Assembly (NCBI RefSeq): GCF_009914755.1
Contig: NC_060938.1
From: the human T2T-CHM13v2.0 reference genome, Homo sapiens
Direction: 5' to 3' (one strand)
Length of the DNA stretch: 64,000 nucleotides
Below are positions 14,892-30,648 of the stretch, one piece after another. The position numbers and the translations under genes were made by a program. The stretch's first letter is position 1; each line of letters starts with the position of its first letter. The notes beneath the pieces are model-generated. The model was not told where the DNA came from. It did no database searches and saw only the letters and a list, made by a program, of their open reading frames with translations.

Positions 14892-14961
14892 CTTAGTAGC
14901 AACACTCAAGTCTTCATCATCCAATGTAGGCAATGAATCCACACACAGTTCATGCAAAATG
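14892..14961 (-). pseudogene. ANKRD20A: ANKRD20A-like 70-nt exon (ILHELCVDSLPTLDDEDLSVATK)
   Basis: tcaag|CATTTT...ACTAAG|gtaaag. Confidence 0.88.
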
Positions 14962-17640
14962 CTTGAGAGCAAAAATACACAATGAAAATGAGCAAGTTGA
15001 TTTCTTTACAATTTTTTTAACTGCCAGTTTATATCCAGCTTCCCCCTCAAAAAAAGGAAAACATAATCTGGGGAAAAGTCAGTGATCTATATATTAAATT
15101 ACGATTCTTGATATAATTAAAATATGTCCTCTGTTCTAAAAAGAGATTTTAGTTACCTATTTCTGCCTCCACCTGTCTAAATCTATAAAATATTCAATGA
15201 AAACTAACCTTGAGGTTTATAACAAATAGTGACAGTCAATATATTGGCAGAGCCTGACAATAATGTGCCCTCACAAATTATCTGTCCTGAAGCTGAACTT
15301 AAAATTCAATTAATGGATGACATAAATTTTGTTCCCTAAACTGGAATAAAACTGATGACCTAAAACAAGGTAGAAAGATCCACTGTCTCTTTTCCATGAT
15401 CTGTCTCTGGATAAAAGACTAATCTACATCACTTCAAAATGGTAGTCTTGATTCCTCAGCATGGATCCAACTTAGGAAGGTCCTATTGCTTTCCTTTACC
15501 CTAAATTGGTACAGGAAAACCAACACAATATTTGAAATGTATGAAAGCTAAATGTACAGAAGTCAAATAGCAAAGATGTATGTTCTTATTGAGAATACTT
15601 TTCCCAGAAAGATTAAAATATTCACAATTATAAAATCCTATTATTTTCACTCTATAGGTCCTACCTTATTCAGGTCCACATAAACTAGCAATCCCTTAAA
15701 AATTTTCATAGGCACTCAGACACCCAAGGAGAGAGACTGCCAGAAAAGAAACAGAGTCATGATAGTTGTACCTCTATTTCCCTAAGTACTATCTAAGTAT
15801 ATTTCTTCCTATGGACACCCACTTCCAGATTCTACTTCTGCAGGGTTCCACAGAAGTCTCCAATCTTTAAATCTTCAGTGTATGAAAGCACAGATTCCTG
15901 AAAGAATGGCCTCAAATGACCAGGAGTAGGAGCTCTCTATATCCCTGCTCCTGAAAAACAAGCTAACTGGAGTCTCCATCACCTGCCACCAGCTATACAC
16001 ACTACCAACTACCCAACTGAACTCCATGACTGATTTTCCAGCTAATCATGCCCCTGACCCAGCCCACATGGACATGGGAAGGACATCAGTGAACTGTGAA
16101 AAGAGGCAGAGGTGAGGAGACACCTGCCCTGTGCCACACATCTATGTAGTTCAGCAATTTCCATCCCCTTAGTACTCCAGGGGCTCTAAGCCACCCCTTT
16201 GTAAGTCAGGATGGAAGTAGATGACACCACATTTCTATCTGCTGTAGACATTCTTCCCAGTGTCTCAAAATGTTTTGGCATCTTTCAGTAAAAATCTTCA
16301 AGTTTGTCAGTCCTTGATTTAAAAAAAAAAAAGCAGCAAAATTTTTAGAGCTCCCTTGAACCTTCTATTTTAATGTGCCTTTGTAGATAATTCCCAACAT
16401 CTTGTGTCCTTCATTTTTATAATTTATCTTTATCAAACTTGTCATAAACCCCAATACTTTGATCTCTTGTAGAAGAGTCCGTACTCCTATCCAATCCAGT
16501 GTTGTTTATCTTCAAACTTGGACTTCCCCTGCTCATTCCATTCTTATCTACTTCCATTGGGTTCACCAGCTAATTCCATTCTCATTCTATCCACAGACTC
16601 ACTTCCGTTTGTATTATTAAAACACACGCCAATAGGACATAGAAAGAAGCAAGAGTACTGGGCTTTACCATGAGTTCAAATCTCATTTCTGCCAATTCCT
16701 ATGTCTAAAAAAAAGCTTCGTAATCTCTTTGAGCCTCACATTCTCTATCTAGAGAATCACTTGACCAGAATGTTCAACGCAGAGAAAAATACTAGAAGGT
16801 ATTTTAATTCATTCCAAGATTCCTTAAAATTCTGTAATTCTATGTCCTCTTGATTCTGTCTATAGAAAAACTTGGAATACATAGGCAGCAGAGTTTGAAA
16901 AAATAATAGAACAAAAGAAACACCAAGAAAAACAGAGAAGAAAGTTTTAAAAAATGAGGACAAGATTATATAAAAGTCATGGAAAAAGCAACAAGACTAA
17001 AAAATGTATTATGGAAGTAAGCAGAAATACTTGCCTAAATGGAAAACCAAACTGTGAAGTCAAATAATTTGTCTCTAAGACTTGCCTAAACTTGCTTTGG
17101 TAAAACTTACAGTCCTATGGCCAAAGCTAAGTCAGATCTGCCCTAGAGCCTTTGAAGGTAAAAATAAGATACTGGTTACCACTGAAATCGTCAAATTTAT
17201 TAGGACTAACCACATTCTAACAATAAACTTAAATGAGAGTTCAAGGTATTTAAACTCTCATTAATTTAGAAGTTAATCAAATTAATGAATCTGATTGATC
17301 TGATTCAGACCTATACTTTGATCCAAGGGCTGCACAGATATCTATCAATCTATGCTGAGGAGCAAGAGAAAGGATTTGGAAGGCAGGCAGGCTGATGGTC
17401 AAACTGTAGGCCAGCTACTTTGTTAACTATGGGATCATGAGGCAATTAATCAGCTCTAATCCATAGTTGTTTATTTAACAGTAGGTTATAGGAACACAGA
17501 TGTTATGATGGCTTTATGAGATGATAAATGCATAGAACATATTAGGATGTCTAGCCCAGAATACAACACTCAACAGATATTAGTTTCTTCCATCTATATT
17601 TTCTTAGTTAACATAATTTTTTAAATCTATGAAATCTTAC

Positions 17641-17671
17641 CTGACTGCAGATTCATCAGAAATTCCAACAT
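17641..17671 (-). pseudogene. ANKRD20A: ANKRD20A-like 31-nt exon (DVGISDESAVS), the most 5' exon found
   Basis: aatag|ATGTTGG...GTCAG|gtaaga. Confidence 0.85.
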
Positions 17672-19619
17672 CTATTAAAGAAAAAGGTAAAATGCATTTT
17701 AAATCAATAATAAATGTACAGAATATTAAAATCATAAGAATGCACAGTGATGCATGCCTCTAATCCAAACTACTTGGGAGGATGAGGCAGGAGGATCACT
17801 TGAGGAGCCCAGAAGTTTGAGACCAGCTTGGGAAACATAGTAAGACTCTACCTTCATAAAAAAATTGTGCACACTTGTGTGTATGCTTTAGATCCTGTTT
17901 TTTGTTGTTGTTGTTGTTTTGGTTTGGTTTGGTTTTTTAAAGCATAAGACTGACGTTTTGTTACAAAGCATTCCTTTGGGAGCATGCCTGGGAACTTATT
18001 AGAATTAACATTCATTATAAGTATTGGTAGGTAATTAATGCAGTAAGAACTCTTCCCTCTGTATTTATTAGATGCAAAGAAGAATAAATTTATTAAAATT
18101 TGGTATCTACAAGTGAACTGAAGTATACAAGTCATCCTAGCCAAAGCCTATGAGATTGAGTAAAAATGGTATTGTTAGCAGAACAGGTGTGATGAGTCAA
18201 CAGTGTCAAAGAGCATGATTTCTGGACCAAAATATGAGGGGCCATTACAACAGAGTATACACTAGTACCCCTTATCCACTATATGCGCAGAAAGACATAC
18301 TTGACACGTTTTTCTCTGCTGTCACACCACAGCAACAATCATCAACAAAGAAGGCTTCTGTAACCAAATGTGTGGAGAGTTTTTCCCCACCAACAAACAA
18401 GCAATCATTCCTGCTGATGACACAATTCAATTCTCACACCCTATCTACAGATAACATCAGATTTAATTTAATTTATAAATTAAACTTTGTCATAGATATG
18501 TATGTATAGGGAAAAACAGCTTGTGATTCAGTAATATTCATGGTTTCATGCATGCACTGGGGGTCTTGAAATGTATCTCCCACAGTTAAGGTGTAGTTAC
18601 TGCACTTATTTTGTTATAACACCACACAGCCTCTCTAGCTCTTCAGATCAAACTGTTTAGTTTAGAATAAAACATGCTATCGCCAGAAACCAACAAAACA
18701 TAGGAATCAGACCAGAAACAGGAATCCTTGCAAATACTTTCCAGCCACCAGTGGAGAAGATCTCAAGAGAGATCAGTGTGTTACTCTGGCTAATACTCTT
18801 CTGGGTAAGGTGCTGGGTGGTTTCCTTAGTTGTAGCTATTTGCTCTGGCCTACGTATAACAAGCCCCAAATTCACCTGCCATTTTACCTCCCACAGAAAG
18901 AACCACTGGAAAGATCACTCCTTTAAGAGCTTATCCACATTCAGAGAGAAGCTGAATAAACACTGGGGAGGTATGGCAGGCTGCCGGGCAATATTATCTG
19001 ATGTGAAAAAATATATAGAAAGGAAACTATCAATGCCCTTTTACTACCAGAATGTTCTAATGTTTGCCCATCTCCCTAGTAGGAGAAAAAATTTTTTTCA
19101 CCTCGCATAAAGCAAAACTCCCTTGTCATCTCTCATGACAGAATCTAGTTGTAGGTGAGTCATGCCATCATAATACAGGCTGTTGTCAACCTCATCCCTC
19201 AAAGGAAGAGGATCAGTGAGGAACTTATGTATTTACCTAATAGCATTCATGCCTGGTCTTATTTCCAACCGAATGTAAGTATGAAAGACTTTGTGATTCC
19301 AGTTTTATAAAGCACAACACTTTGCACTTGTCCTCTTCCATTGCTAAAGAGTCTATCTGGACCCACCTCACAGAGCAAGATGCTCCAGGTTGTGCTGTGT
19401 AGTACGGCGTGGTGTCCTTTTCCTCAACCCTTTCTATTATGTGCCACATATCTATACAAATCATGTTTTCTAAGTATGTAAATCATATCTCATCAGAATA
19501 CATCATTCTTTACAATGATAAAGAAGCAAAAGAAAAACAAAAGGACAAAGAACATCTTAAATGACTACATTCAACTGCCATGGAGCTTTAATTTTTTAAC
19601 TACTCAAAAAGATATCCAC

Positions 19620-20060
19620 TCTTCTTATTCCAACTATATGACTCTTCTGAAAAAAGTAAAACTATGAAGACAGAGTAAACATCAATGGTTGTCACGAGTT
19701 GCTAGGGAGAAAGGGAGAGATGAACAGGCATAGCACAGAGAATTTTTAGGGCAGTGAAACTGTTCTGTCGATAATATTACAGTAATAGATACATGTCATG
19801 TCATTATATATTTGTCCAAATTCACAGAATGTACAGCATCAAGAGTGAGGCCTGATGTAAACTATGAACTTCAAGTGATTATAATGTGTCAATGTAAGTT
19901 CATCAGTTGTAACAAATGGACCACTCTCTGGTGGAAAATACTAATAATGGGGGAGGCTATGCGTGTGTGGGAGGCATGGGATATATGAGAAATCTCTGTA
20001 CCTTCCTCTCAATTTTGCTGTGAACCTAAAACTACTCTAAGAAATAAGGTTATTGATTTA
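19620..20060 (+). mobile_element. Old L1M 3' end fragment
   Basis: aaaactatgaagacag...tggttgtcacgagtt...gaaatctctgtaccttcctctcaattttgctgtgaacctaaaact. Confidence 0.75.
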
Positions 20061-20072
20061 AAAAAAATATTC

Positions 20073-20745
<673 letters not shown>

Positions 20746-21287
20746 AAAGATATTCACTGAACCTGTTACTATGATATATTTAAGCAAGACATGGCGACCC
20801 TAAAAATTAGAGATCATTGAAGACCAAAGTAACAACATGTGGTCATTATTTCTCAAATTGAAGTATATAAAATAAATAAATTTAATTGCATGCTTAGGTA
20901 AGAAAATATTGATAAAAATGATTGAATATTTTATCTTATTTCATAATTCTAAGCAGGGCTTTAGCACAATATGAAAACTAGATTATTCATGTAATCCAAA
21001 TAAAAGACAATTTTTATTCTAATTTTAACTCAGAAATTATTTTGCTTATTTAACAATTTTACTGAAAGGTAAATGAGATAAATAGGACAGATTATAATTA
21101 CCTAAATTGCTATGGTAACTTATGTACAAATAGCTGTTCGTCACTGAAAGTCAAAAAAGTAACCAGCGCTGCAACTTAAGATGGATCATACAACAGAAAT
21201 TAGTACCAAGTTACCTTATCTTATAATATTATGTTATTAAAATGAAATTTTAAAACAACACCAAAAATTAAGTTGGGGTTATACAAA

Positions 21288-21447
21288 GTGTGCAGAAAAG
21301 ATTTCATATAACAGGCAAGAGACTGCCATCCTTAGAAAGGCCTGCATGCAAGGCTGGCCCTTGGCTGGTGTTTAGGAAATTGGAATTGGGAGGGTTTCCA
21401 CCATTCCGTGAGAAGAGTGGCTCACTGTGTCTAAAGTTTTTATAGAA
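21288..21447 (+). mobile_element. MER21-type LTR 5' fragment, truncated at the ASNS junction
   Basis: tgtgcagaaaag...gactgccatccttagaaaggcctgcatgcaaggctggcccttggctgg matches the recalled MER21 start. Confidence 0.7.
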
Positions 21448-21625
21448 ACCGCCAATGGGTGAAATCCAAAGCAGCAGCTGGTGTATCCATTAACATTCTC
21501 AAAACAGGATGCATCTGGACCCCTGTGTGCAATCTTCATAGCACACAGACACTAAACAGAAAGGCAGTCATTGCTGCCAAACAGGACCCAAATGTCACAC
21601 ACAGTGCAATGAAGCTATAAGCTCC
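21448..21625 (-). pseudogene. ASNS: Unprocessed ASNS (asparagine synthetase) pseudogene fragment: first coding exon, 3'-truncated
   Basis: Minus translation from 21602 is [51 protein letters not shown] versus [59 protein letters not shown] has become GTG, there is an internal TAG, and the acceptor ttttctctccatag is intact. Confidence 0.93.
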
Positions 21626-23357
21626 CTATGGAGAGAAAAGTAGACAAATCAAAAATATTCAATATCCAATCCAAGTCCACATTAAATCTTGATTCCAGAA
21701 ACGTGCATTAACCACTTCAAAGACTAAAATTTAAGCCATCTTTTCTATAGCGATTTCCCATTTGGTTGGCAGGCATACAGGAGTAGAGAATGATTTAATT
21801 TACTTACAAGTATTCAGAAAAGATAGTGACCTCTACATTCAACCAGCTACAGCAGCTTAGCACCCAGCCAAAGCCTGCATCTCTCCCACCTTAAGATTTA
21901 GTGGTTGGCTAGAGTTAGCAGCATCCAGGCCACATCTATCTCTGCATTCTAAGTTTGCTTCCAAGATAAAGATACAAATGCAGGCTGGCTCCAACCTAGC
22001 CAGAGATCCCAGCCCCACTCTCTGCATCCCAAAATCCCTCAAAGACCCAAGAGACTTTCCAGATTTCTACAGTCTCCTAACAGGTCCCCTTGACAGTTAA
22101 ATGCCCTCTCTTTACCTCAACTAGCTGCAGGTAGAATATAATGGGTACAGCAGAAAGTCACTGTAAGTGTAATATGAAGATACACAGCCCTTTTAAGCAT
22201 TTCATTATATTACATCTAGCTTACTTCTAAGTGATTTATTCAGATGTGACTGAAGAAAGTCTAAAGGGAAAAAAAACAATTTAATTTGATAAATTAAATT
22301 ATCAATTATAGCCAAATTATTTGGGTATAACAAATTAAACATTTTAAGCAGACAGAAGATGCAAACATTTTAAGTTTACAGAAGATATAAAATGTTCACT
22401 ATCAAAATGTCGCAACTGATAAAAATGTTCTCAAATATTTCTGTCTCAAACTTGCATTGTTCATTAAGGAAGCAAAATAGGTGGGACATACACAGCAACA
22501 ACATCCCTCAAAAAACACCTTGGCTCATTCCTATAAGCCAGGCAGCAAATACATCATCCTTACATATGTTAATTACCTTCCAATTTCAAATTCTCAACTG
22601 TGAAATAAAGGACCATTTTATTTGGCTGCTTCCAGTTCAATATGACTGTTTTTATTAAAACATCTCTAACTTGAAAAATATTTGGTGTTTTCTAAAAAAC
22701 TGCAAATTGCCACAAATGGCCAGATAATTTGGAATAAACACCCTACAGAAAAAAATATATATTCAAGTTGCATAAGTCACTTTGAGCAATCCTTTGAGGA
22801 TATTTCATTTATATCTAAATGAACCACAGGTTTAGCTGGCTTTTCTGGAAAACCAGAAGCAAATAATGTATGATTATAATGAAAACCATCTCAAGCAATT
22901 TTGAAATGAAGTACCACATGTCTTATGCTGTCCCTTCCATGCACTTGACAAAACAGCCTATAACAAATTGTTTACTTTGAGATTTAGCAGGAAAATTCCA
23001 TGAGGTTTAAATGAGATGACTAATAATAAGCCATCTACCTTTGACTCTATTCCAATTAAAAATGGGTTAGGAAAGTGCTTTGAAAATCAAGTGTGTTCAT
23101 CAGGGAATCATTTACCTAAGTCTTCTTAACACTGCTTAGTGAATATTAAGCCTGATATAGTAAATACACGCTAACCACTAAATTGAAGGGGAAAGAGGGA
23201 GAACAAAGAGACATGTAAAGTACACTTACTTTTTCTAGTAGGAAAAAGCCAATTAAAACTATCACCTATTAGTTTTATTGGAATCAGTCTTACAGGAGGT
23301 CAAACTTCCTACTGTTGCTACCTATTCTCAATATTTTTCTTATTTCTTCCTAAACTT

Positions 23358-23663
23358 CTAGAGCCGTGCTGTCCAATAAATATGTGAGCCACATATGTAA
23401 TTTTAAATGTACTAGTAAGCCCCATTAAAAGGTGAAATTAATTTTAAATATACTTAACTCAGTATGTCCCAAATAGTAATCATAGTAATAATTTTAACAT
23501 GTAATCAATATAAAAAATTATCAAGCAGATATTCTACGCTGTTCTTCCCACTCCAATGACAAAATCCAGTATATTTAACACAACACATCTCAATTAGGAC
23601 TAGCCAGGATTTCAAGTGCTCAATAGTTACAGGTGGCTAGCGCCTACTGAATTGGACACTGCA
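23358..23663. mobile_element. MER33/MER3-type hAT DNA transposon relic
   Basis: Termini ctagagccgtgctgtccaata and ttggacactgcag; internal ttcaagtgctcaatag motif. Confidence 0.7.
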
Positions 23664-25191
23664 GTTTCAGTGCATTGAATTTCTATCCCACTTAGCGCTA
23701 ATTAAAACTTCACCCTCTCACCTGATAATTATGCTAAGATCTCAGAAAGTAACCCACTACAGGCAGTTTCAAGCCCTAATTTACCTCTAATTACTCTTAC
23801 AGCAATGCGATGAATCATGATTTAAAATTTTAAAAAAAAATTGCTGTTAAATTATTAGTCAAGCGCCCAGGGCAATGGACAGTAAAGAAATAATGTAGGC
23901 CATGGGCCGAGATGACAAAACGGTCCTTTTATTTAAAGCTATAACAATAATCTGAAGCCAGCCCTGTAAAATAGACATCCATTGAAAAAGTCATGCTAGT
24001 TCTTTTGCTTTTTTGTGTACTTGGCCTCCTGTGTCCCTAAACAGACCTCTTCTCAGCAGGGTTTGCTCAGCAAGTCACTTGTTGAGTCTTGCGGTCAGCA
24101 GAGGGGGTAGGGAATGGCAGGGACTGGCATAGGAGTGAGGGGGAGGAGGCAAGGTGAGGGGGGCCAGGTGAGGAGGGGGGCACTTCAAGGGGAGTTCAAG
24201 ACCAGCCTGGGCAACATGGTGAGACCACCGCCCCTCACCGCCGCCATCTCTGGTCTCACACACATGCACAAATTAAATTTAATTTAAAAATTAAAAAATT
24301 GTTTTAAAATAAGTGGAATATTTACATGGATTATGTATACATTCATTTTGTAGAACTATAGATCCCATGTAACTGGGAACTCTTTACTCTTCTAACACAA
24401 CATTTATTTAGCCACAAATGAAAGACCAGTGATGTAGCCTGTACACAAAAAAGTAAGAAAACACTGGTTAGGCTGGGGCAGGGGTGGGGGGAAGAGATCT
24501 ACAAATTTAAAATTTTATTGGGAAGGATCACTAATTAGAATCAGAACAATTACTGCTTTAAAGTAGTTAAGAACAGAGCACAAGGAACCCAGAGAAGAAG
24601 CAGATATGATTCAGAGCAGAGCTTACAGAGCAGATGGTATCTGAGCCGAGACTGATAGAATAACATTAATAAGGGCATTCACGGCCATTTATTATCACTT
24701 AACTGCAATGCATTTTGTATAAGTTATTTCTACTCTTCATATCAACCATGGAAAATAATACTTATTCTTCTCTTTTGAAGTTAAAGAAGTGGTAAGTGGT
24801 CTAAGAAGATAAATTAACATACCAACACCAAATAGCTCAAGTTCAGTGACTCAAGAGGGCCCGTGTCTCCCCAAGAGGTTGCTCAGCAGGCAGACGAGGT
24901 AGAGAGCCCTTCCAAGAAGTGACAGTGAGATGTGAAAGGTCCCAGTGTGTCTCTGAGAACAACAGAAACCAGTATGTAGACCAAGTGGGAAAAGCCACGG
25001 AAGAGGCAGGGATTTCCTCTTAAGATAGCAAGAATAAACAGAGCAGGGCTGAGGAAAGCCATGGAAAACGGGCAGAATGCCATGCATTTAGTGAGAAAAA
25101 GACAACTTTTACTTTAGAAAGGGGGAAAGAATGGTGGTGGTCTAGGTAAGCCTAGAAGCAGAGGAAAGGACAATGGAGAAAAAATAAACAA

Positions 25192-25592
25192 AATGTATGA
25201 GTCAGGGTTCTCCAGAGGGACAGAACCAACAAGATACAGGTATATGTATAAGGGAGTTTACGAGAGAGAATTGGTTCACACGGTTAGAAGGCAGTCCCAC
25301 AATAGGCTGTCTGCCAGGTAGGGAAAGAGAGAAGCTAGTAGTGGCTCAGTCCAAGTCCAAAAGCCTCAAAACCAGGAAAGCCCGCAGTGCAGTCTTCAGT
25401 ATGAGGCCGAGGGCCTGAGAGCCTCGGGGAAGCCGCTGGTGCAAGTCCCAGAGTCCAAAGGCATAAGAACCTGGAGTCTCATGTCCGAGGGCAGGAAGAA
25501 GGGAAGCAAGTGTCCTGCACGGGAAGAAGAAAAAAAGAGAGCCAGAAGCTTCAGCTAGCAAGGTTATCCCATCTTCCTCCGCCTGCTTTATT
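25192..25592 (-). mobile_element. MLT2 (ERVL) LTR, truncated by the satellite
   Basis: tgtatgagtcagggttctccagagggacagaac...gcaagtcccagagtccaaagg. Confidence 0.8.
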
Positions 25593-25599
25593 CTATACA

Positions 25600-27723
<2,124 letters not shown>

Positions 27724-28254
27724 ATGAGTTTCTAGAATGTATTTGAGGAGGGTGACGGGCGGTGTGTGCATGCTTCATGGCCTTATTCAATTAAACACTC
27801 TGCTCTCAATTTATTGCTAAATCCTCCTTGAGCCCTTAGATTTCATAACGGTTGTCGCGACATTTTTCTGGATGTAGAAAACGTTCCTATTTCTTGCCAC
27901 CTCATGGGCTACACCTTGAACTAAAGTTTTTATGTAGATACTTGTGCTTACTCTGCGGCCTTTCCAGGGTTTGCTGAAGATGGAGGTATTTAGGCTGGGC
28001 AAGAGGTGGTGAGGTAAATTGGGGTTTATCGATTATAGAACAGCCTCCTTTAGAGGGATATAAAGCACCGCCAAGTCCTTTGAGTTTTAAGCTGTTGCTT
28101 GTAGTGTTCTGGCGAACAGTTTTGTTGATCTAACTATTCGAGTTTAGAGTTAAGCATAGCGGGGTATCTACTCCCAGTTTGGATCTTAGCTATTTTGTCT
28201 TCAGAATATTAAAGGCACCTTCGTAGTTATTTCAGCTGGGGTTTTTTTACAACT
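27724..28254 (-). pseudogene. MT-RNR1: NUMT piece 1: mitochondrial 12S rRNA fragment
   Basis: Reverse complements of conserved 12S motifs: gaggagggtgacgggcggtgtgt, caccgccaagtcctttgagttttaagc and ggggtatcta-tcccagtttg. Confidence 0.95.
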
Positions 28255-28319
28255 TTTTTACAACTTATTTAGAAACTTTCAGGTTTCTAAATATATGAAT
28301 GAACCATAATATAAGCCTC

Positions 28320-29373
<1,054 letters not shown>

Positions 29374-29392
29374 AAATGAAGTGAGAAAAAAG

Positions 29393-29664
29393 GGTAAAAT
29401 GACTGAGTAGGGCATTAGACTGTACATCTAAAAACAGAGGTCAACGCCTGTTTTTACCAGTCCCAAGGTGATTTTCATGTTGAATTGTAAATTCAAAGAA
29501 GCAGCTTCAATCCTGCTTCTCTCACCTTTTTTCCCCCAGCTGCTGGAGAAGTAGATTCAAACCAGTTGACTAGGGAGTTTAGCTGTTAAGTTTTCATGGG
29601 TTTAAGTCTCATCAATTTAGTAAGGACTTAGCTTACTTAAAGTGATTGATCTGTATTCAATTGA
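29393..29664 (+). pseudogene. NUMT piece 2b: pseudo mt-tRNA-Tyr (29393-29459), tRNA-Cys (about 29459-29518), OriL (about 29516-29551), tRNA-Asn (about 29552-29620) and partial tRNA-Ala
   Basis: Mitochondrial WANCY order contiguous with the COX1 start: ggtaaaatgactgag..., ttgaattgtaaattcaaagaagcagcttcaa, tagattcaaaccagttga, aaggacttagctta. Confidence 0.9.
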
Positions 29665-29674
29665 CCAAGGGTGT

Positions 29675-30279
29675 TCTGTATCTGAGAAAGTACATTTCAG
29701 GGTCACCATACAACAACTGTTCAAAAAGGCCTCCAATATGGGACAGTCCTATTTATTATCTCAGAAATATTCCTCTTCGCTGGATTCTTTTGAGCATTCT
29801 ACCATTCTAGCCTAGCCCCTACTCCAGAATTAGGAGGGCATTGACCCCCAACAGGTATTTCTCCCCTTGACCCCCTGGAAGTACCTCTCCTGAATCCATC
29901 TGTATTACTTGCATCAGGAATTTCAATTACTTGAGCCCATCACAGCCTAACAAAAAATAATCAAAAACATACAATCCAAGCACTACTTGTTACAATTATA
30001 TTAGATATTTACTTCACCTTCCTACAAGTCTCAGAATACTTCAAAGCTCCCTTTGTTATTTCTGATGGTATTTATGGCTCAACATTTTTTTATAGCTACA
30101 GGCTTTCACAGAATTCACATCATTATTGGATCAACATTCCTCAGTCTGCCTTCTCCGCCAATTAAAATACCACTTTACATCTAGTCATCATTTTGCCTTT
30201 GAAGCCGCTGCCTGATATCGACACTTTGTAGATATAGTATGACTATTCTTGTATGTTTCTATTTATTGATGAGGATCTT
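29675..30279 (+). pseudogene. MT-CO3: NUMT piece 3a: 3' part of mitochondrial COX3 (opposite orientation to pieces 1 and 2)
   Basis: gagaaagtacatttcagggtcaccata (RESTFQGHH), tttgaagccgctgcctgata (FEAAAW), ending tattgatgaggatctt. Confidence 0.93.
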
Positions 30280-30340
30280 ACTCTTTTAGTATAAATAGTA
30301 CCATGATTTCCAAAGTTTTGATAGCATCCGAAAAACAGTA
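30280..30340 (+). pseudogene. MT-TG: NUMT pseudo mt-tRNA-Gly
   Basis: actcttttagtataaatagtacc... lying between COX3 and ND3. Confidence 0.85.
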
Positions 30341-30648
30341 ATTCACCTAACATTAACCCTAGTAATCAACACCCTATTAGCCCTGTTACTAATAATTATT
30401 ACATTTTGGCTCCCACAACTTAATATATATATGTAGAGAAGAGAGAAAAAAATATATATATGTATAAAATAAATATATATAGAAAAATCTAGCCCTTATG
30501 AATGCAGATTTGACCCTCTATCCTCTGCCCACATTCCCTTCTCCATAAAATTCTTTCTAGTAGACATCACATTTCCCCTATTTGAGTTAGAACTCGCCCT
30601 ACTACTACCCTTACTGTGAGCCCTTCAAACAATCTGATACTAATAATC
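30341..30648 (+). pseudogene. MT-ND3: NUMT piece 3b: mitochondrial ND3, 3'-truncated, with an AT-rich insertion
   Basis: attacattttggctcccacaactt, gaaaaatctagcccttatgaatgc (EKSSPYEC) and ttctccataaaattctttctagtag. Confidence 0.92.

Noticed and set aside
18657-19464. Possible additional exons or ORFs between ANKRD20A and ASNS
   Set aside because: No recognisable protein similarity and only weak splice signals; cannot be supported
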